Assembly: GCA_013265495.1 (NCBI GenBank)
Contig: MU058000.1
Location: 1,674,001-1,738,000 of the forward strand
DNA length: 64,000 bases
Direction of reading: 5' to 3'
DNA from: Vicugna vicugna
Taxonomy: Eukaryota
Shown: one piece after another, positions 26,020 to 39,936 of the stretch
Layout: every line of letters starts with the position of its first letter
Numbering within the stretch: the first letter of the stretch is position 1
Notes under the pieces: generated by a model
The model's input: only the letters and a program-made list of their open reading frames with translations
Database searches by the model: none
Told to the model about the DNA's origin: nothing
Program-made: the position numbers and the translations under genes

Positions 26020-27400
26020 TACCTTATTTAGGTTTGAATTTCCACATTCAAAATGATTATATTGAAAACCTCTTTGTTAATGTGTTCATTGGCCATTTAC
26101 ATGTACTATTTTATGAATTTCCTATTAAACTCTTCCCTATTTATCTGTTGGTTAGTCTCCCTTTTAAATATTGAGGCCCAGTATTTATGTTTATATTCTA
26201 AATGCAATTTCTCTGTCAACTATATATCGTACAAATAGATTCTCCCAGTCTGTGACTTACTGTCTAATTTTTTTTAATGTTTCCTTTTGATGAAAAGATG
26301 TTCTTAGTTTTAATAAGCTTTCATTGATCTTTCAGTTTTTTTCTCTGTTAGCATTTCATGTTCTTTGCAAGGAGTCTTTGACAACCTGAGGTCATAAAAA
26401 TATTTTCTTATGTTTTAGTCTAAAAGCTTTATTGTTTCACCTTGCACATTTATGTTTATAATCCACCTGAAATAGACTTTTATGTAAGATGTACAGTGAG
26501 GGTAGAAATTCAATTTCCCCAGCATTTTATGAAAAGAGTGTTCATTCTCCACTGCACATCGGTTTATCATGTGTGAGTAGAACATGTCTGTAGAGTCTAT
26601 TCTATTAAATTGTTCTCTTTGCTGTGTCTCTACTGCTTTAACTGACATCATTTAAAGTAAAAATTGTCTTGTATGTAAGTCTTCAAGGTTTATTCTTCTT
26701 CAAGATTGTTTTGCATATCTGAAACTTGCAGATTTCCACATAAACCTTACAATTGGCTAATTTCCACATAGGAAAAAAAGGCTGTAAATTTTTAATAGAG
26801 TGCATTAACGCTATAGATCAGTGACTGGAGATTTGACTTCTTCACAATATTGAGTGTCCCATTACCTGAACGTGCTATATTTCTCCAATTATTTAGATAT
26901 TTTAATGTTTTGATAGTGATTTGAACTATTCAGAGGAGAGGTTTTACAATCTTTTATTAGATTCATTGGCAGATGTTTGGGATTTTTTGATGATGTTGTA
27001 AACTATATATTCCTTAAAATTTTCATTTCTATTTGTTTCTGAGTGGTATATAAAAATAAATTTGAGTTCTGTATATTTACACTGTAACTTTAAATCTTCC
27101 TGTGATATTATTCAATCCCATAGTTTCTTCAGATTTTCTATATATCATGTTAAATAAAAATTGTAACATATTTTTTCCTCTTTTACAGTAATTAAACTTT
27201 TTTATTCTTCTCTCTTGGTGATTATAATAACTCACTGTTAAGTCAGATGTTTATTAAAGTTTTGTGTAGATACTCTTTATTAGGTTAAGGAAGTTCTTTT
27301 CTAATTATAGTATGTTAAGAGGTTTTTTTAATCTTTCATAGATGTTGAACTTTGTCAAATGCTTTTACTGCATTTTTTAAGATTGTCATCTTTTTATTTT
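26020..27400 (-). mobile_element. Old L1M ORF2 fragment
   Basis: Antisense L1 motifs: ttggccatttac, ttctcccagtctgtg, ctatagatca, cacaatattgagt, gttaaggaagttc, tttgtcaaatgctttt. Confidence 0.8.
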
Positions 27401-27419
27401 TACAAGCATAGCAAAACAC

Positions 27420-27930
27420 ACTGGTTCATTTGTTTGGTTTTATAAATTAAGACATGATTTACATACAATAGATTCCATCCTTATTCAGGCACACTTGCAA
27501 ATTTTGACAAATCAAATAGTTATGTAAACAGCACCACAGTCAAGATATTGTACATTTATAGAAAACCAAAAATTTTCTTCATGCCTCAGGAGAATCAACC
27601 TTTCTCTACATCCTCTGGCAAACACTGATCTTCTTACTGTCTGATTAATTTTGTCTTTACAGATGCCACGTAAGGGGTAGCATACAGAATGCAGCCTTTT
27701 GAGTCTGACTCCTTTCACTTAGCATGATGCACGTGAGATCATCGATGACGTCACACGTGCCAGTAATTGCAGCCCAGTTATATATTGCTTATTCTAATAT
27801 TGAGGAATATGTGGGTTGTTACCTATTTCCATTAATAACCAATAAAGTGTCTATAAACATTCACATCATGTTTTTTTGTGAACACACATCTTCATTTCAC
27901 TGCAGTAAACACCGAGCAGTGGGATTCCTA
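27420..27930 (-). mobile_element. Old L1M(C/D/E) 3' end
   Basis: cctctggcaaacactgatct..cttttgagtctgactcctttcacttagcatgatgc..ctataaacattc. Confidence 0.75.
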
Positions 27931-28589
27931 CACTTACAGACTGGAGACTGCTTACTTTAATGCAGCAAGGCAGTGTTTGGAACAGTGGCTAGCTTGTTCT
28001 CTTGGTAAGGCTCAGGCTCTAGGTTTTCAAAAAGAGCTTGTTTTCTCTAAAGCCTCTGACCCTTGATAAGTATGGAACACTGACTTTGTTTCAGGAAACT
28101 GTTAAAAGCTCAAATATTCCTTTGAGAGTCTTTGTTTTTAGGACTTTAGCTTTCCAACCTATGCTGCTCCAGAATGTGGCCAGTGTACCAAGAGGGCAGC
28201 CAGCTGTGTTCTTGAATCCACTTTCCAAGTCCCTTCAAAGTTCTGCTGTTTCATTCTGAAAACTAGCAGCAGCCCTTAGTGGATTAATTTTCAGCTTTCT
28301 GCCCCTACCCATAATCAGAAAACGCTTTACGGGGAAAAGCGGCTGCATAGAATCAGATCACCTTTTTGAAATTCTTCCCTTCCTGGAATCTTGGCTCATC
28401 CAGTTCTCAGTTCTCATTGTTATCTGTAACTTTCTGCTGTCCCCCAAAATATATTTTTGTATTCTAGGTAGTATTTTGTTTTATTTTGCTTTGTTCTGTT
28501 TTTACTGTGGTTGTTCTCAACAGGAGCGCTGGCCTGTCACTAGGCACTACATATCATCTATAAGATGCTTTCCCTCAATTTCAATAAAT

Positions 28590-28710
28590 TTTTTCACCAG
28601 GAGATCAGAGGTTTTATTTGTCTTCCTTAACCCTTCCTCTGATTCCCAGATTATATACGGTGTCTCAAAGATAGTGGACTCTAATTGAATATCTGCTAAG
28701 TGAATGAATA
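28590..28710 (+). mobile_element. L2 3' terminus
   Basis: Ends aatatctgctaagtgaatgaat, the L2 tail. Confidence 0.55.
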
Positions 28711-28986
28711 ACCAATATATTTCCAGCAAAACAGAAAAATCCACTGGAATATAAGTCATCTTATTTTGAACCTGTCAGTTTAACTCTAGATAACTATATT
28801 TCATGTCACTATTGTGTCCTTTTTTTTTTTTTTGGTAATTATGGATTTAGATTCTTTACAATTTTGATTTTTTGTTATAGTAATAAAGAGATATTCTGGC
28901 ACTATCCTAGCTCATCTTATTATTGATATTAAAAGAGAGAATACAAAAGAAAAATAAAGACTGCTATAAACATAGGTGTACTTTAC

Positions 28987-29027
28987 TAGAGATTTTCTGA
29001 GATGTTTTTCAAAATGATTGACGATAT
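28987..29027 (-). CDS. Candidate 41-nt exon (ISSIILKNISENL)
   Basis: Acceptor ttttttaaag|A and a weak donor TA|gtaaag. Phases fit the neighbouring candidates. Confidence 0.15.
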
Positions 29028-29842
29028 CTTTAAAAAATGTTTCAGTAAATATAAGTGAGAAGATAAAATCAGAATACCAGTGAGTAAGCTCTCTCATATC
29101 ATATATTATAATACATAACGAGTTTCGTTGTTTCTGATTTCTATTAAAATATACTGATAGATTTTTTTTTTTACATAAACTATTGTATCAGGTAACAAGA
29201 GAAAATTGCCTCCTGAAATGCTTTTATTTGAAGAGTATCAGTTAAATTGATTCCCCTGGAGGTGACTGAAATCAAGGGTAAAGACTGACTAGAAATATCA
29301 TTCACTAAAAAAATAATAAAGATCTTCTTATGCAATGTTTATTATTAGGCCCTGACACAAATTCAAAGAACCAGTCCCTGGGGTAAGCAAGCACTTTTGA
29401 ATTGGTTATATCGCCTTTTATTTGACTGAGATTATAGCTAAAGAATTAATAATTATCTTGAAACAGTGATCTTCCACTAGCGAAGAATACCTTAGTGGGC
29501 CCAGGAATCATACCACAATGAGCCTTAAACTTAGGCTTCATTGTTAGGATTTGATTATTTCACATATTCTGAGCTGCTGGGAGGTATGTACTTGCATGCA
29601 TATGAATGATGTCTATTTTTTTTTTTTTACTAAGTCTTTACATAATGCCAAGGAGAGATCCTCAATCATCGCTTTTATTTTCCTTCAGTGTGTTTATTCT
29701 CATCTTACTCTCACCGTTGACATCATTGGCTTGTTACTAAATCCAAGAGAGAAAAACGTAAGGGAACTTTTTCTAGGTTTAGCAAGTCATAAAAATTCAT
29801 CAAAAATGAGCTCTCAGAACCAGACTGCAAGTATTGCATTAC

Positions 29843-29985
29843 ATTTCCCGGCTTGAGATAAGAGCTTTCATCTCTCAATCTGAAATATCCAAATGACCCG
29901 GGGATGCTCATTTTAGAGTAAAGCGCTGATGGTACCACTGTCTCTCGCAGCACAAGTCCATTCCTCACTTTTGTGAAGCACCGGC
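29843..29985 (-). CDS. Candidate exon (GRCFTKVRNGLVLRETVVPSALYSKMSIPGSFGYFRLRDESSYLKPGN)
   Basis: Acceptor tttcctttaag|G. Open frame (ORF 29723-29968) with local CpG enrichment. Donor AAT|gtaatg is weak. Confidence 0.25.
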
Positions 29986-30559
29986 CTTAAAGGAAACGAT
30001 GTTATTATTTAAGGCATTTCAAAAGGAAAGCTGACACTACCAAACAAACACATTTAATGAAGTGAGATCACTAGTCACTAAGGTGCTAATGAACTGTAAG
30101 ATTAGCTGCAGCAACAAAATTTCTCCCATGTCCCCTCCTGCCAATATCCAGGACTCCAGCTGGAGAGGTAAGAATGTAGAGTCCATCCCGTGTTCAATAC
30201 TCAGACCGCTGAGACAGTCCTCTTCCTCTGTAGCCCTTCGCTGTCAAAACAGAGGCTGAATTCTGGGCCAACATGAGGATGAGGAGAAAGATATGCAAAC
30301 TTGATTTTTTTTCTCTCTTTTGTTTCACTATCACAGAGGAGAGTTCTTTGTAGTCTTTGAAATATATGGAGTTATATATTAGTAAAAAATGTGTTTTGTC
30401 AAATGTCTTTACTACCAGGATTCTGCTTAAAGATGTAACATTACTGATCGTAGAAGAAGTGTTGCGAAATTGTCTAGACCTATATTGGGCAAAACATCAT
30501 AATTTTTTTTTTTTTAAATCCAGCACTGACTTGGATTCCGCCAAAGAAACTGCACAGAC

Positions 30560-31460
30560 CACATCTTGTCTTAACACTGCACCCCACCCCCAAGCTCCCC
30601 ACGCCCTTACCCTGCTACGTGAACGCGGCCCTGCCTCAGGACTGGCTAAAGGATCTCTTGTCTGTTTCCATGCACTGTAAGCAAATAATTTGTTTCATTG
30701 ATGTATTGTTTGCCAATTGTCTGTTGCAGAGCATGGCAAGGACCAACAGACACAATGCTTAGATGCACTACATGTGAACATCACGTGTGCATATAAGGAA
30801 TGCAGGGAAGGAGGAAAAAGGAAAAAAGGAAACTGAGCAAGGAGGGAGGGAAGAAAGACAGGAAGACAGGACACACGGGTTTTCACGTGGTCTACTAATC
30901 AAAGATATAAGCATTGTCTGTGGGTCGATCTGACACAGTAAGTGGCAGTTATGCATATATTTGAAAAAAATGTACCTTGTAGTCTGTTAATTGTGGTTGT
31001 TTAAAGAATTGCCTCGTAATCAATTCAGCCGTAACAGTCAGTATTGATCAGAAAACAGAGAGATTGACTGCACAGGGCCCCATCTATTCGCTCACCTACT
31101 GTGTATAAGCGAGGTCTACTTAAAACTGAAAGAGTTCAATCCATTACGATAAAAACAACAACAACAAAAAACTTCTGTGTGACAAATCATTCGCTAGAGC
31201 AGTTTCACCATCTAGTCTGTATGGAATTTATATTCCAATGCTCACGTGCTGAGTATGCTGTGGGGTGATGCGTGTTACTCACTGACACTAGGAAAGTGAT
31301 GCTTGTCATCTCCGTGCTTCCTCTTAACCTCCCTCTCAGGCCTGCCCCCCTGGAGCTGGGCTACAGGAGCATCAGCATAAGGCTGCTTAAAATCATAACT
31401 TCGGTACAGTCTGATTAGGGAGGGAGAGAGGGAACGAGATCGACATATTCTCCCTGTGGG
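30560..31460. promoter_or_regulatory. Possible enhancer/promoter with E-box cluster
   Basis: CACGTG at 30782, 30884 and 31243; TACGTG at 30616. More CpGs than the background and no recognised repeats. Confidence 0.35.
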
Positions 31461-31854
31461 ATCAGATGGGCTTTGCAAGATTTCAACAGTTAGTTATTTT
31501 CAGCCTCCTGGAGGAAATCCGACAGAAGCACATTTTTCGTACAGTTTGCTTGCCTCCCACCCTTGGTTCTGCAAGCCTCTTGTCTCTATACTTCCTGTAT
31601 CTGCTTTTATTATATCTCTAGCTGGTTGTGAATTCCAGCTTCTGGTCCAAAGGAAAATTGTGCTTCTGTGTATCATCCTACAACATATCCAGAAGGGAAA
31701 AAAAACCCAAAGAAAGCCTGCCTGAAGTTGTAACTAGAGAACAGGTAACAGACAGCAAGGGAGAGATACTGTTTGTACCCAGGATCCAGGAATGCTTTTG
31801 CTTTTTCTTGACAATGTAAGCAAGGATGACAAGTCTTTGCTTTTTCTCACTTAC

Positions 31855-31908
31855 CTTTTTTTTCATAATAAAAATGTTTTATAAACACTCTTACACTACA
31901 GGTCCTTT
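31855..31908 (-). CDS. Candidate 54-nt symmetric exon (xRTCSVRVFIKHFYYEKK)
   Basis: Acceptor ttgttctctgttgtattctag|A and consensus donor AAG|gtaagt. Only the phase 1-1 frame is open. Confidence 0.33.
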
Positions 31909-32319
31909 CTAGAATACAACAGAGAACAAATACGTAAATAAAGTTTGACAGGTCTGGAATTTACAAAGACCTTTATATTTAATCTCGCCAATGATCTCCA
32001 CTTAAAAACAGAGTCTGTGAAAAAATAAATAAAACAAAGTTCGTGAAATTCAGAGAGACTACATAATTTGTCCAATATCACCTTTGGCAGTTAAGAAACT
32101 GAGCAAAAGTTTTCTAGAAGTTAAAGACTTTTTGATGAACTGTCATAATTTCAATAGCTTAGCTTCTTTCAGTCCTTGTGGAAAAGCCCTGCAGCGTTAG
32201 GAGGACATTAAGGCCACGCCATCAGACCACGTCTCCTCCGCTGGCTCTAGTTTCCATCAGCCCTGCCCCTTACACCAAGTTTTCCAAGCACAACAAATTA
32301 TCCTTTAGTAAAAATCTCA

Positions 32320-32480
32320 TTCTGCTATGCCCAGCTAACTCTTGGGGAAGTTACTTAAGCATTCTGTGTCTCAGTGCCCTTGTTCATGGTATGAGGCTAG
32401 TAATAACACTTTCCTCACAGAGCTGCTTGCAGGTTAAAGTTTTGATCAATGGAAAACACTTGTCTTAGCGTTTCTTAGAG
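32320..32480 (+). mobile_element. MIR SINE
   Basis: cttggggaagttacttaagcattctgtgtctcag..taataacacttcctcacagagctg-like segment. Confidence 0.75.
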
Positions 32481-33059
32481 TCCAAAGTAACCTAGTTTTG
32501 TACTTCACGCATCTCATACCATAAATGACTAGATCCTGATGTATTTTTTCCACATTGTGGACTTCATAACTATTTTCTCCCCTGAATTTCCTCCGCCAGC
32601 TTTATCCCTTACTGGTTGGATTTCTGCCACTTTCTCTGATGTGCTTTTCTGGCCACGTGGCTTCTCTTCATCTAAGGCATTTTCCACAGTCTTGTCAGTT
32701 TAGTCTTTCTAACCTGCAAATCTGATTAATTCACTTGCTTGCTTAAAACCCTTCAATAGCACCCCATAGCTTCCAACTTACCTAAGACTCTTCATGCTTA
32801 AATTTCTACTTTGCCTCCTAGTGTCATTGGACCAAATGTGCCTTTACTTTTGAGCTTGCAGAAAGTGCAGAACAATAGGGAGTGAATGGATGACCAAATG
32901 TTTGATTGCACATTGAGTCATGGTATAAGCAGATCCACTATGTAATGATGTCCTTTTTGATCTGGTGTCTAGAATAAAGACCCAATCTACGTCTTGGGCA
33001 AAATTAGAGGAGGAAGTTGCATTACTGGAATGTATTGGTTGCAGGATAATCAAATGTTT

Positions 33060-33600
33060 TTATCATCCTTTAAGGACTATTATGGTAAGTACATGCAAAA
33101 AGTATAAAAAATGGACTCCAATCCACAGTTTGTAGGTTTTTTACATTTGTCTACACCCATGTTATCCCCATTAAGATAAACAGGTTAAGCTCTCAAAAAT
33201 ATTTCCTCATGCTCCTACCCACCAGTCAAAAGCCAGCCACACTCCAGAGGTAACCCTGCTGAGCGGACTTCTTCTAATATTAGTCAATTTTGACTGTTTC
33301 AAGTATGTCCTCTTTGTGTCTGGCTTCTTTTATGCCGCAGAATATCTACGAGATGTAGCCAAGATGTTTTGTGTGTCAGTAGTTTGTTCTTTTTCATTGT
33401 TGCTTAATATCCTATCCCATTGTGTAAATATACCACAGTTTTTTTTTTCCCATCCCCTGTTGCTGGACATTGGGGTGTTCCCAGTTTCAGGCTACAACAA
33501 ATAAACATCTTTGTATATGTCTTTTGATGGGCATGGGTATTCTTTCTCTTATATATGTATATACCTAGGAGGAAAATTATCGGATCATAGGATCCAACAG
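33060..33600 (-). mobile_element. Old L1ME-like 3' fragment
   Basis: tctggcttctttt..aatataccacagttt..tgctggacattgggg..atatatacctagga. Confidence 0.75.
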
Positions 33601-35189
33601 CCTTTGCTATTTTGTTTTGCATGTTTCCTCTTTCCTCTCTTCCTACTTTTTTTAACCATTGGACATAACAGCCCTTCTTGACTCTTGCATCCATATTCCC
33701 ACATTATATTATTTTTGCTGATTGCTTCCCTTTTATATAATCTCAGTTTCTCTGTACCTAGACAGATAATCTTAAACAATTAGGAAATCTAATAATACAA
33801 GGAGAGATTCACAGTTCCTAAGTTCAACAGCTGGAGGTTTTTTTTTTTTTTTCCCTTCTACTTCATAAGAATATTTTGAAGTATTACAAATCACTGATGT
33901 ATGCCACCAAAAACTGATTGGAAATTTCTCAGTTTGGAATTTGATCTATGTGCTCACCCTTTTGATTTTTGACCCTTTTACTAAAGCACCTGGTTATGAC
34001 TATAACTTACTTTAGTTTTCTAGGTTGACTAGCTTAATTTTTTCATGGTTACGTGCTTCTTATATATCTATTGTATGCATGACTATTTTTTCAAGCATTT
34101 ATTTGCTTCTCAGTGCTTGTTCTTGGGCATCAGATGAACACTTGCAATTTCCTCTTAAACACATTTCTTAGATTTCTAGCCTCTTTCCTTTGAGTCAAGT
34201 TCCAAGCAGCTAGGCAAAATATTCAGACTTCTCAGTGACCTTCGCTTCCTTCATGGTTTCAAAATAACAGGATTTATGTCTTTGTGATTCTCCAATTTGC
34301 TGTGAGAAACTGCTTTAATGACTTCTGCAATGAAGTCTCATGTTTCACTTGAGCTGTAACATTTCTGGAAGAAAACCATGAGAACTGAAGAATGCTTCAG
34401 CAGAATTTGAAATAAAAAGGAAAAAAAATCAGGGCTTTTAGTGTTAAGATGCCAAATAACAGTGTTTCTTTGCTCTTTCTGGGAAATGCAAGTGATAAAT
34501 ATCAGAGACAGAATGAAGCATATGATAAACAAGAACAAAGTCTGAAACTGGAAAGTAATCTTTGATACTGCTGATAGTGGCAATAAAATCCCACCCACAC
34601 TTACATGTAAGATGTGAACTCTTTACTAAAATATGTGGAATATTAGAAATCACTCAGAATTTAAGCTTTATTTAGATTTAATGAAACTTTTCGCACAGAA
34701 CCAGAGATGTCTCATAAAAATAATTCATGCCCTCTGATTTCCCCATGACAAAATAAGATCATTCTTTCCTGGTTATCAATCTAGCAAGAGCTTTGTCCAA
34801 TCTGATTTCTACAAGGGTTAAGCCAGTACTTAGGGCAAATATTTATCATGCTAAGGTTCTCAGGAGCTTCTACATGTCCTTTTTTTTTCCCCCCCCACTT
34901 TGTGTCTCCAACTCATCATAACTTTATTACCAAGAAGTGACAGAGTGTCTTCTAGACTTTTGAGGAAATTCTGAGAGATCGGGTAACTCAGGGACCACAG
35001 AATGTTTTTCACTTCAACGCAGCTTAGAGTTTAACATAGATCTGACAACTTCTTCCTTTAGCAAGGTGGTATTTACTTTTCCTGCGTTGCAGCAATTTGT
35101 CTCAGACAGCACAAACAGCACTTGAGGCGTAACTCAGAGGGAGAGCGTCATCATTCCTGCATGTTTCGCCCATTCCCGGTTCCTTGTGA

Positions 35190-35410
35190 AAACAGGTTAC
35201 TGTGGAAGTCAGGCAGACTGACAGATCCTCTTTGGAATCTAATCTACTGAGTATGTTACCCTCAGTTAGTTTATATACACTCTACGGTCCTTTGTTTCCT
35301 TATCCATGACACTAAATAGTGATGCCCTCATCTCCCAAAATTGTAGTGAGAAATAGATTAATGATGAATATGGAAACCCTGGCATCATAATATGCGCCAT
35401 AATACCAGCT
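35190..35410 (+). mobile_element. MIR SINE
   Basis: ggaagtcaggcagac..tgtttccttatcc..ttgtagtgagaaatagattaa. Confidence 0.55.
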
Positions 35411-35854
35411 TCCTTACACAAGTACTTTTCCATTTTAACTTGATTTCATATGCTTAAAAATTCTGATAGATGCAGGGCACATAATGTAACTTTGGAGGGA
35501 AAAATGCGGCAGATAAAAAAAAAACGGCAAAGGTTGGAGCCACATGAACTCCAATTGCTGGAGGCACTATCACCACTAAATTTTGAAATTTGACCAACCT
35601 CTTCAAACCTTAGTTTCTTCAACTATAGAACAGAGGTAATAACTACCTGACAGAACAACCACTGACAGGGTGGTTCCAAGGATCAAAAGACATAACACAC
35701 AGACATGTTTCCGGTATAATACATATTGTAATGGCTTAAAACGTATTTTCATTTTATTAATGCATTTTTAATAAATATATATTAGTATAAATTTCTTCTA
35801 GAATAGGAATTAAAATAAATCTCCAGCTATATGCATATATACTCTGGATATATC

Positions 35855-36370
35855 ATAAGGTTTTCCCATCACACTTAGAACGACATTAAACCCCTCTTCT
35901 GGACCAGTCCTGACTACCTCTGAGACCTCATCTCCTAGTGCCTCCCGTATTTACTCTACTTGAACAATCATGACACACTTGCCGGTCTTCAAACAAGCCA
36001 TGCTCGTTTCCAGCTGAGGTCTTCTGCAAATGTTCTTCCTTCACTGAAATGCTTTCCTCCCAGATATTTTCAAGGCTCATTTTCTCATTTCATGCACCCC
36101 TCCCAAATAGCTATCTACATTTTTCAAATAGCATCTCACTTGCCAAAACACTTTCTAGTATTTTACCGTGTTATATGTTTTGATACACATATTGAAATTT
36201 GATATTGAAACATGTATCTATGTATTTAATTATTTATTTTCTTTCTTTGTTAGATAAGAGCTGGGTCCTTACTGTTTTATTCCTCTGTATCACCAGCTGT
36301 AGATCAGTGCTTGATAGAGTAATCAGTTATACACATAATATAGAATGAAGGAATTAATCAATCAAGCAAA
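35855..36370 (+). mobile_element. L2a 3' end
   Basis: tcccatcacacttagaa..tgactacctctgagacctcatctcc..aatgctttcctcccagat..tgtatcaccagc..cagtgcttga. Confidence 0.8.
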
Positions 36371-39300
36371 TCGTACTTAATATTTAAGTATAAGTATATG
36401 TAGAATTCCTTTCTGCCCATTTTGCTAATATTTTATCTCTGAACACATGTCTACAAAGAAACATTATATTCAACAAATATTATTTAGGATAGCCACTTCT
36501 AAAAAGATATCTGTAATGTCTACATCAGAGTTACAGGGAGTCCAAACTGTATTTCTTGTGTATTTACACAAGATGGACTAGGAAGATATAATCGTCCTGG
36601 TAATCAGTTTGCACAACATAAATGCATTTTATTTCAGTACTTCCATGGTCTCCTAATATGAGTGATGTTGTTGCTTTCTGATGGTGCCTATGGATTTCCA
36701 TAGTATTTTTTTTTTTATTTTCCACAAACTAGAAAAAAAAATTCTTTCCTTTTTCAAAAAACACAATACCTCCTTTTTTCTTTAGTTTCTTTTAGTACAA
36801 TCAGAGAAATATGTGGCACTGAAATGTATTCAGGATAAATGACTTCTGCCCTAATCAAGTCTTTTACCATCTAGTCATGCAAAAAGTAGCTTATTGCCTT
36901 CTCTGCTCCTCTGCCATAAATGCTAAAGTTTAATTAGTTTGGTAATTCCTTAGATTTGAAGCCAGGATTTCTGCACAGTTTTTTTTTTTAATATAGTCTA
37001 GTGAGTGGACGAATACTTCCCCACTTAATATGGGATATTGGCAGGGAAAAAAATCTCTGTGGAACAAGGACAGCAAAAATGCAAACAGTGAAGTCTGAAT
37101 TGAAGGCTTATGAAACAGCATTTTGGCAGGTTATTGAGGCATATGTTAAAAGAGTCATAGACATGTGGCTGCTTTCAGGAAAAACTGCAGAGGCATTCTA
37201 CATCTATGTACGAACACACTTATGAGTGAAAACAAATGATAAAAATGCCAATACTTGTATAAAAAGGTGATGAGTGAATGTGGGATGATTTCATGGAGGA
37301 AGTGAGACTGGTCTTGAAGGATGGGTTAAATTTGCTTAAGATCCAGGTAACATCTACTAAATGCTTAGTCTGTAATGGGCATTTTTACATTTGTTTTCAT
37401 CCATTATTAATTTAACACCTATGAAAATGCATACAAGCCTATAAAATGAGTACTTCTCTTTTCCCCATTTCATATCTGAGGAAATTAGACACAGTCATAG
37501 TTTACTCTACTCCTGACAAATTAGGTAACAACATTAAACATAAAGCTTGGGGTTAATCTTTGGACTATGTATTTCTAATTGGTCATAATTGCCTTAACAT
37601 TGGATTTCAGAATATTTTAAATTCCAGATAACTCAGCTAGAAATGCCTATTAAATTTAATCAGTAGGACTGAGAAGGTCCAAGACATTATTATGGGAATT
37701 TTTGCTTTAAATATTTGGCTAGAACATTAATTCATTCCATAAACAGTTCCCAAGTGGATTTTATATGCTAGGTTCTCTGACAGAAGAAACTTCATAGTGC
37801 ATCAATTTTTCAAAATTTGATCAATTTGCCTTAAACATTGTTATTTTCCCTTAGTGTTTACTAATTGATGAAGTTCAGGCTTTTTTTTTTTTTTCTTTTC
37901 TTTTTAAAAAATATCCTGCCTCTTTTCTTTCTCTTGACACTATATAGGAAAACAAACAATTATCTTACAGTGGAAATGCATTCATCTTGGGAAAAGCTAT
38001 GCTATGATGGCTCTTTTATATGATCATTTTAATGGTATGATTTCCTTTAGGAAGAAGCCATTTCTATTGCCACTAACATTTTTAAAAAGGCATTGACATG
38101 GTAAAATGGAATCTTGTTTTATTTTACACTCATGGTATAATTTTTATTTATGGAATTCTAATTGTTGTTTTCAACTAGTTCTATAGAACACAGGGATTAT
38201 TTAGACAAAATGTGAATCAAGCCATGGTCTGGGCATAGGGTGGAAAAAATGTTTGTGTAATTTAGTAGCTTTTGGTAGAATCGATACAACTAGTATTCAA
38301 AGTTTTTAGATTTAACAAATTCACCATCACTTGAAAACTCTTTGTTGAACTTAATGCTAGATTAACAATAGGCAAATGATAAGTGCACTGTGGATTTTCT
38401 AACTTCTAACTTCTAACTTAGCAGGAAAAAAAGAAAACAAATTATGGACCATGCATCAGTTTATGAATGAACAAAAGAAATAAACCAACATACAAACAAA
38501 AAATTCCCAGAGCAGAACTGTCCAATGGAAATACAATGTAAACTAAATAAATAACTGAAAATTTTCTAGTAGCCACATTAAAAAGTAAAACAAAAAAAGG
38601 TAAAATTAATTTTAATAACATTTAATTAATACAAATTATTCAATATATTTTAACATGAAATCAATATTAAATTATTGAGATATTTTACATATTTTCATAC
38701 TGTCTTTGAAAATTTGATGTATATTTTACAATTATAGCACATCATAATTCAAATTCCAAATTTTTATTGGAAACACTTCACTTGTATTTAGATTTTTTAA
38801 ATTATAGTTTGAAAATTAGATTCACCAACTCATGTTGTTCTAAACACTTCTAAAAGTACTCCAGGAACTAAAATTTGCTCGAAAAAAAAATTTTACTTTA
38901 ATATCTGTATTCACACTGACAAAAATGGTTCATCTTTTTTAGAGGAATTGATTTAATTTTGAATCAACAGCATGTCAGTTTCACACTGTATCTGTCCAAC
39001 ACAAATAAATGTACAAACTCATGTCAACTCAATAACATTAACATTGATTTAAAAAGTGTTGCACAAATTAAAAATTCTAAAATTATCAATATCACTAAAA
39101 TTTTTCTTCTAGTTTGGCAGCCAATTTATATAACAATGTTAATTAAAATCTGTATATTCTTATTAGAAAAATATGTAAATTATTGTTATTGGTTTTTATC
39201 TTGAAAAGTTTCAATATCAACATAAATTCATTTACCTGTTTGGCTAATTCTAAAAATTATTTTTTTCCTTTTGTTAGAGCTTCAAATTTAACTAACTCAT

Positions 39301-39419
39301 ATGTTACCTGAAATTGGTTGGAAAACATAACTAGCACTGCCATTTTCTGTCATTATTATTGAATATTAGGAAAATATTCCGTTTGCTTCAAGAAAGATTT
39401 GAATTTGAGCAATTCAGTA

Positions 39420-39936
39420 CAGATGGTCCCCAACCTAACATGTCTCGACATGATTTTTCAACTTTACAATGATGTGAAGGTGATACTGTGCATTTAGGAG
39501 AAACCATACTTCAGATTTAGAATCTTGATCTTTTCCCTAGCTAGTGATATATGGTGTATGATACTCCCTCCTGATGCTGGGCAGTGGCAGTGAGCCACAC
39601 AACTCCCAGTCAGCCATGCAATAGAGAGACTAATTAATCAATACACTTACAACCATTCTGGACCCATACAACCATTCTGTTTTTCACTTTTGGTACAGTG
39701 TTCAATAAATTGTATGAGATATTCAACACTTTATTCTAAAATAGGCTTTGTATTACATACTTTTCCCAGCCATTGGTTAACAAGAGTTCTGAGTACATTT
39801 AAGTTAGGCTAAGCTAAGCTATGATGTTCAGTGGGTTCAATGTATTAAATTCATTTTTGACTTTCAATATTTTCTATTGATCTATTTATGATGGGTTTAT
39901 CTGGAAGTAACTCCATCATAAGTCAAAGAGGATCTG
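39420..39936 (-). mobile_element. MER47/Tigger5-family element
   Basis: TIRs cagatggtcccc...gaggatctg with TA on both sides. Internal acaaccattctgtttttcactt, aggctaagctaagctatgatgttc. Confidence 0.88.

Noticed and set aside
32776..32870. Minus-strand AG|gtaagt donor
   Set aside because: Lies in L2-like sequence, and upstream frames contain stops
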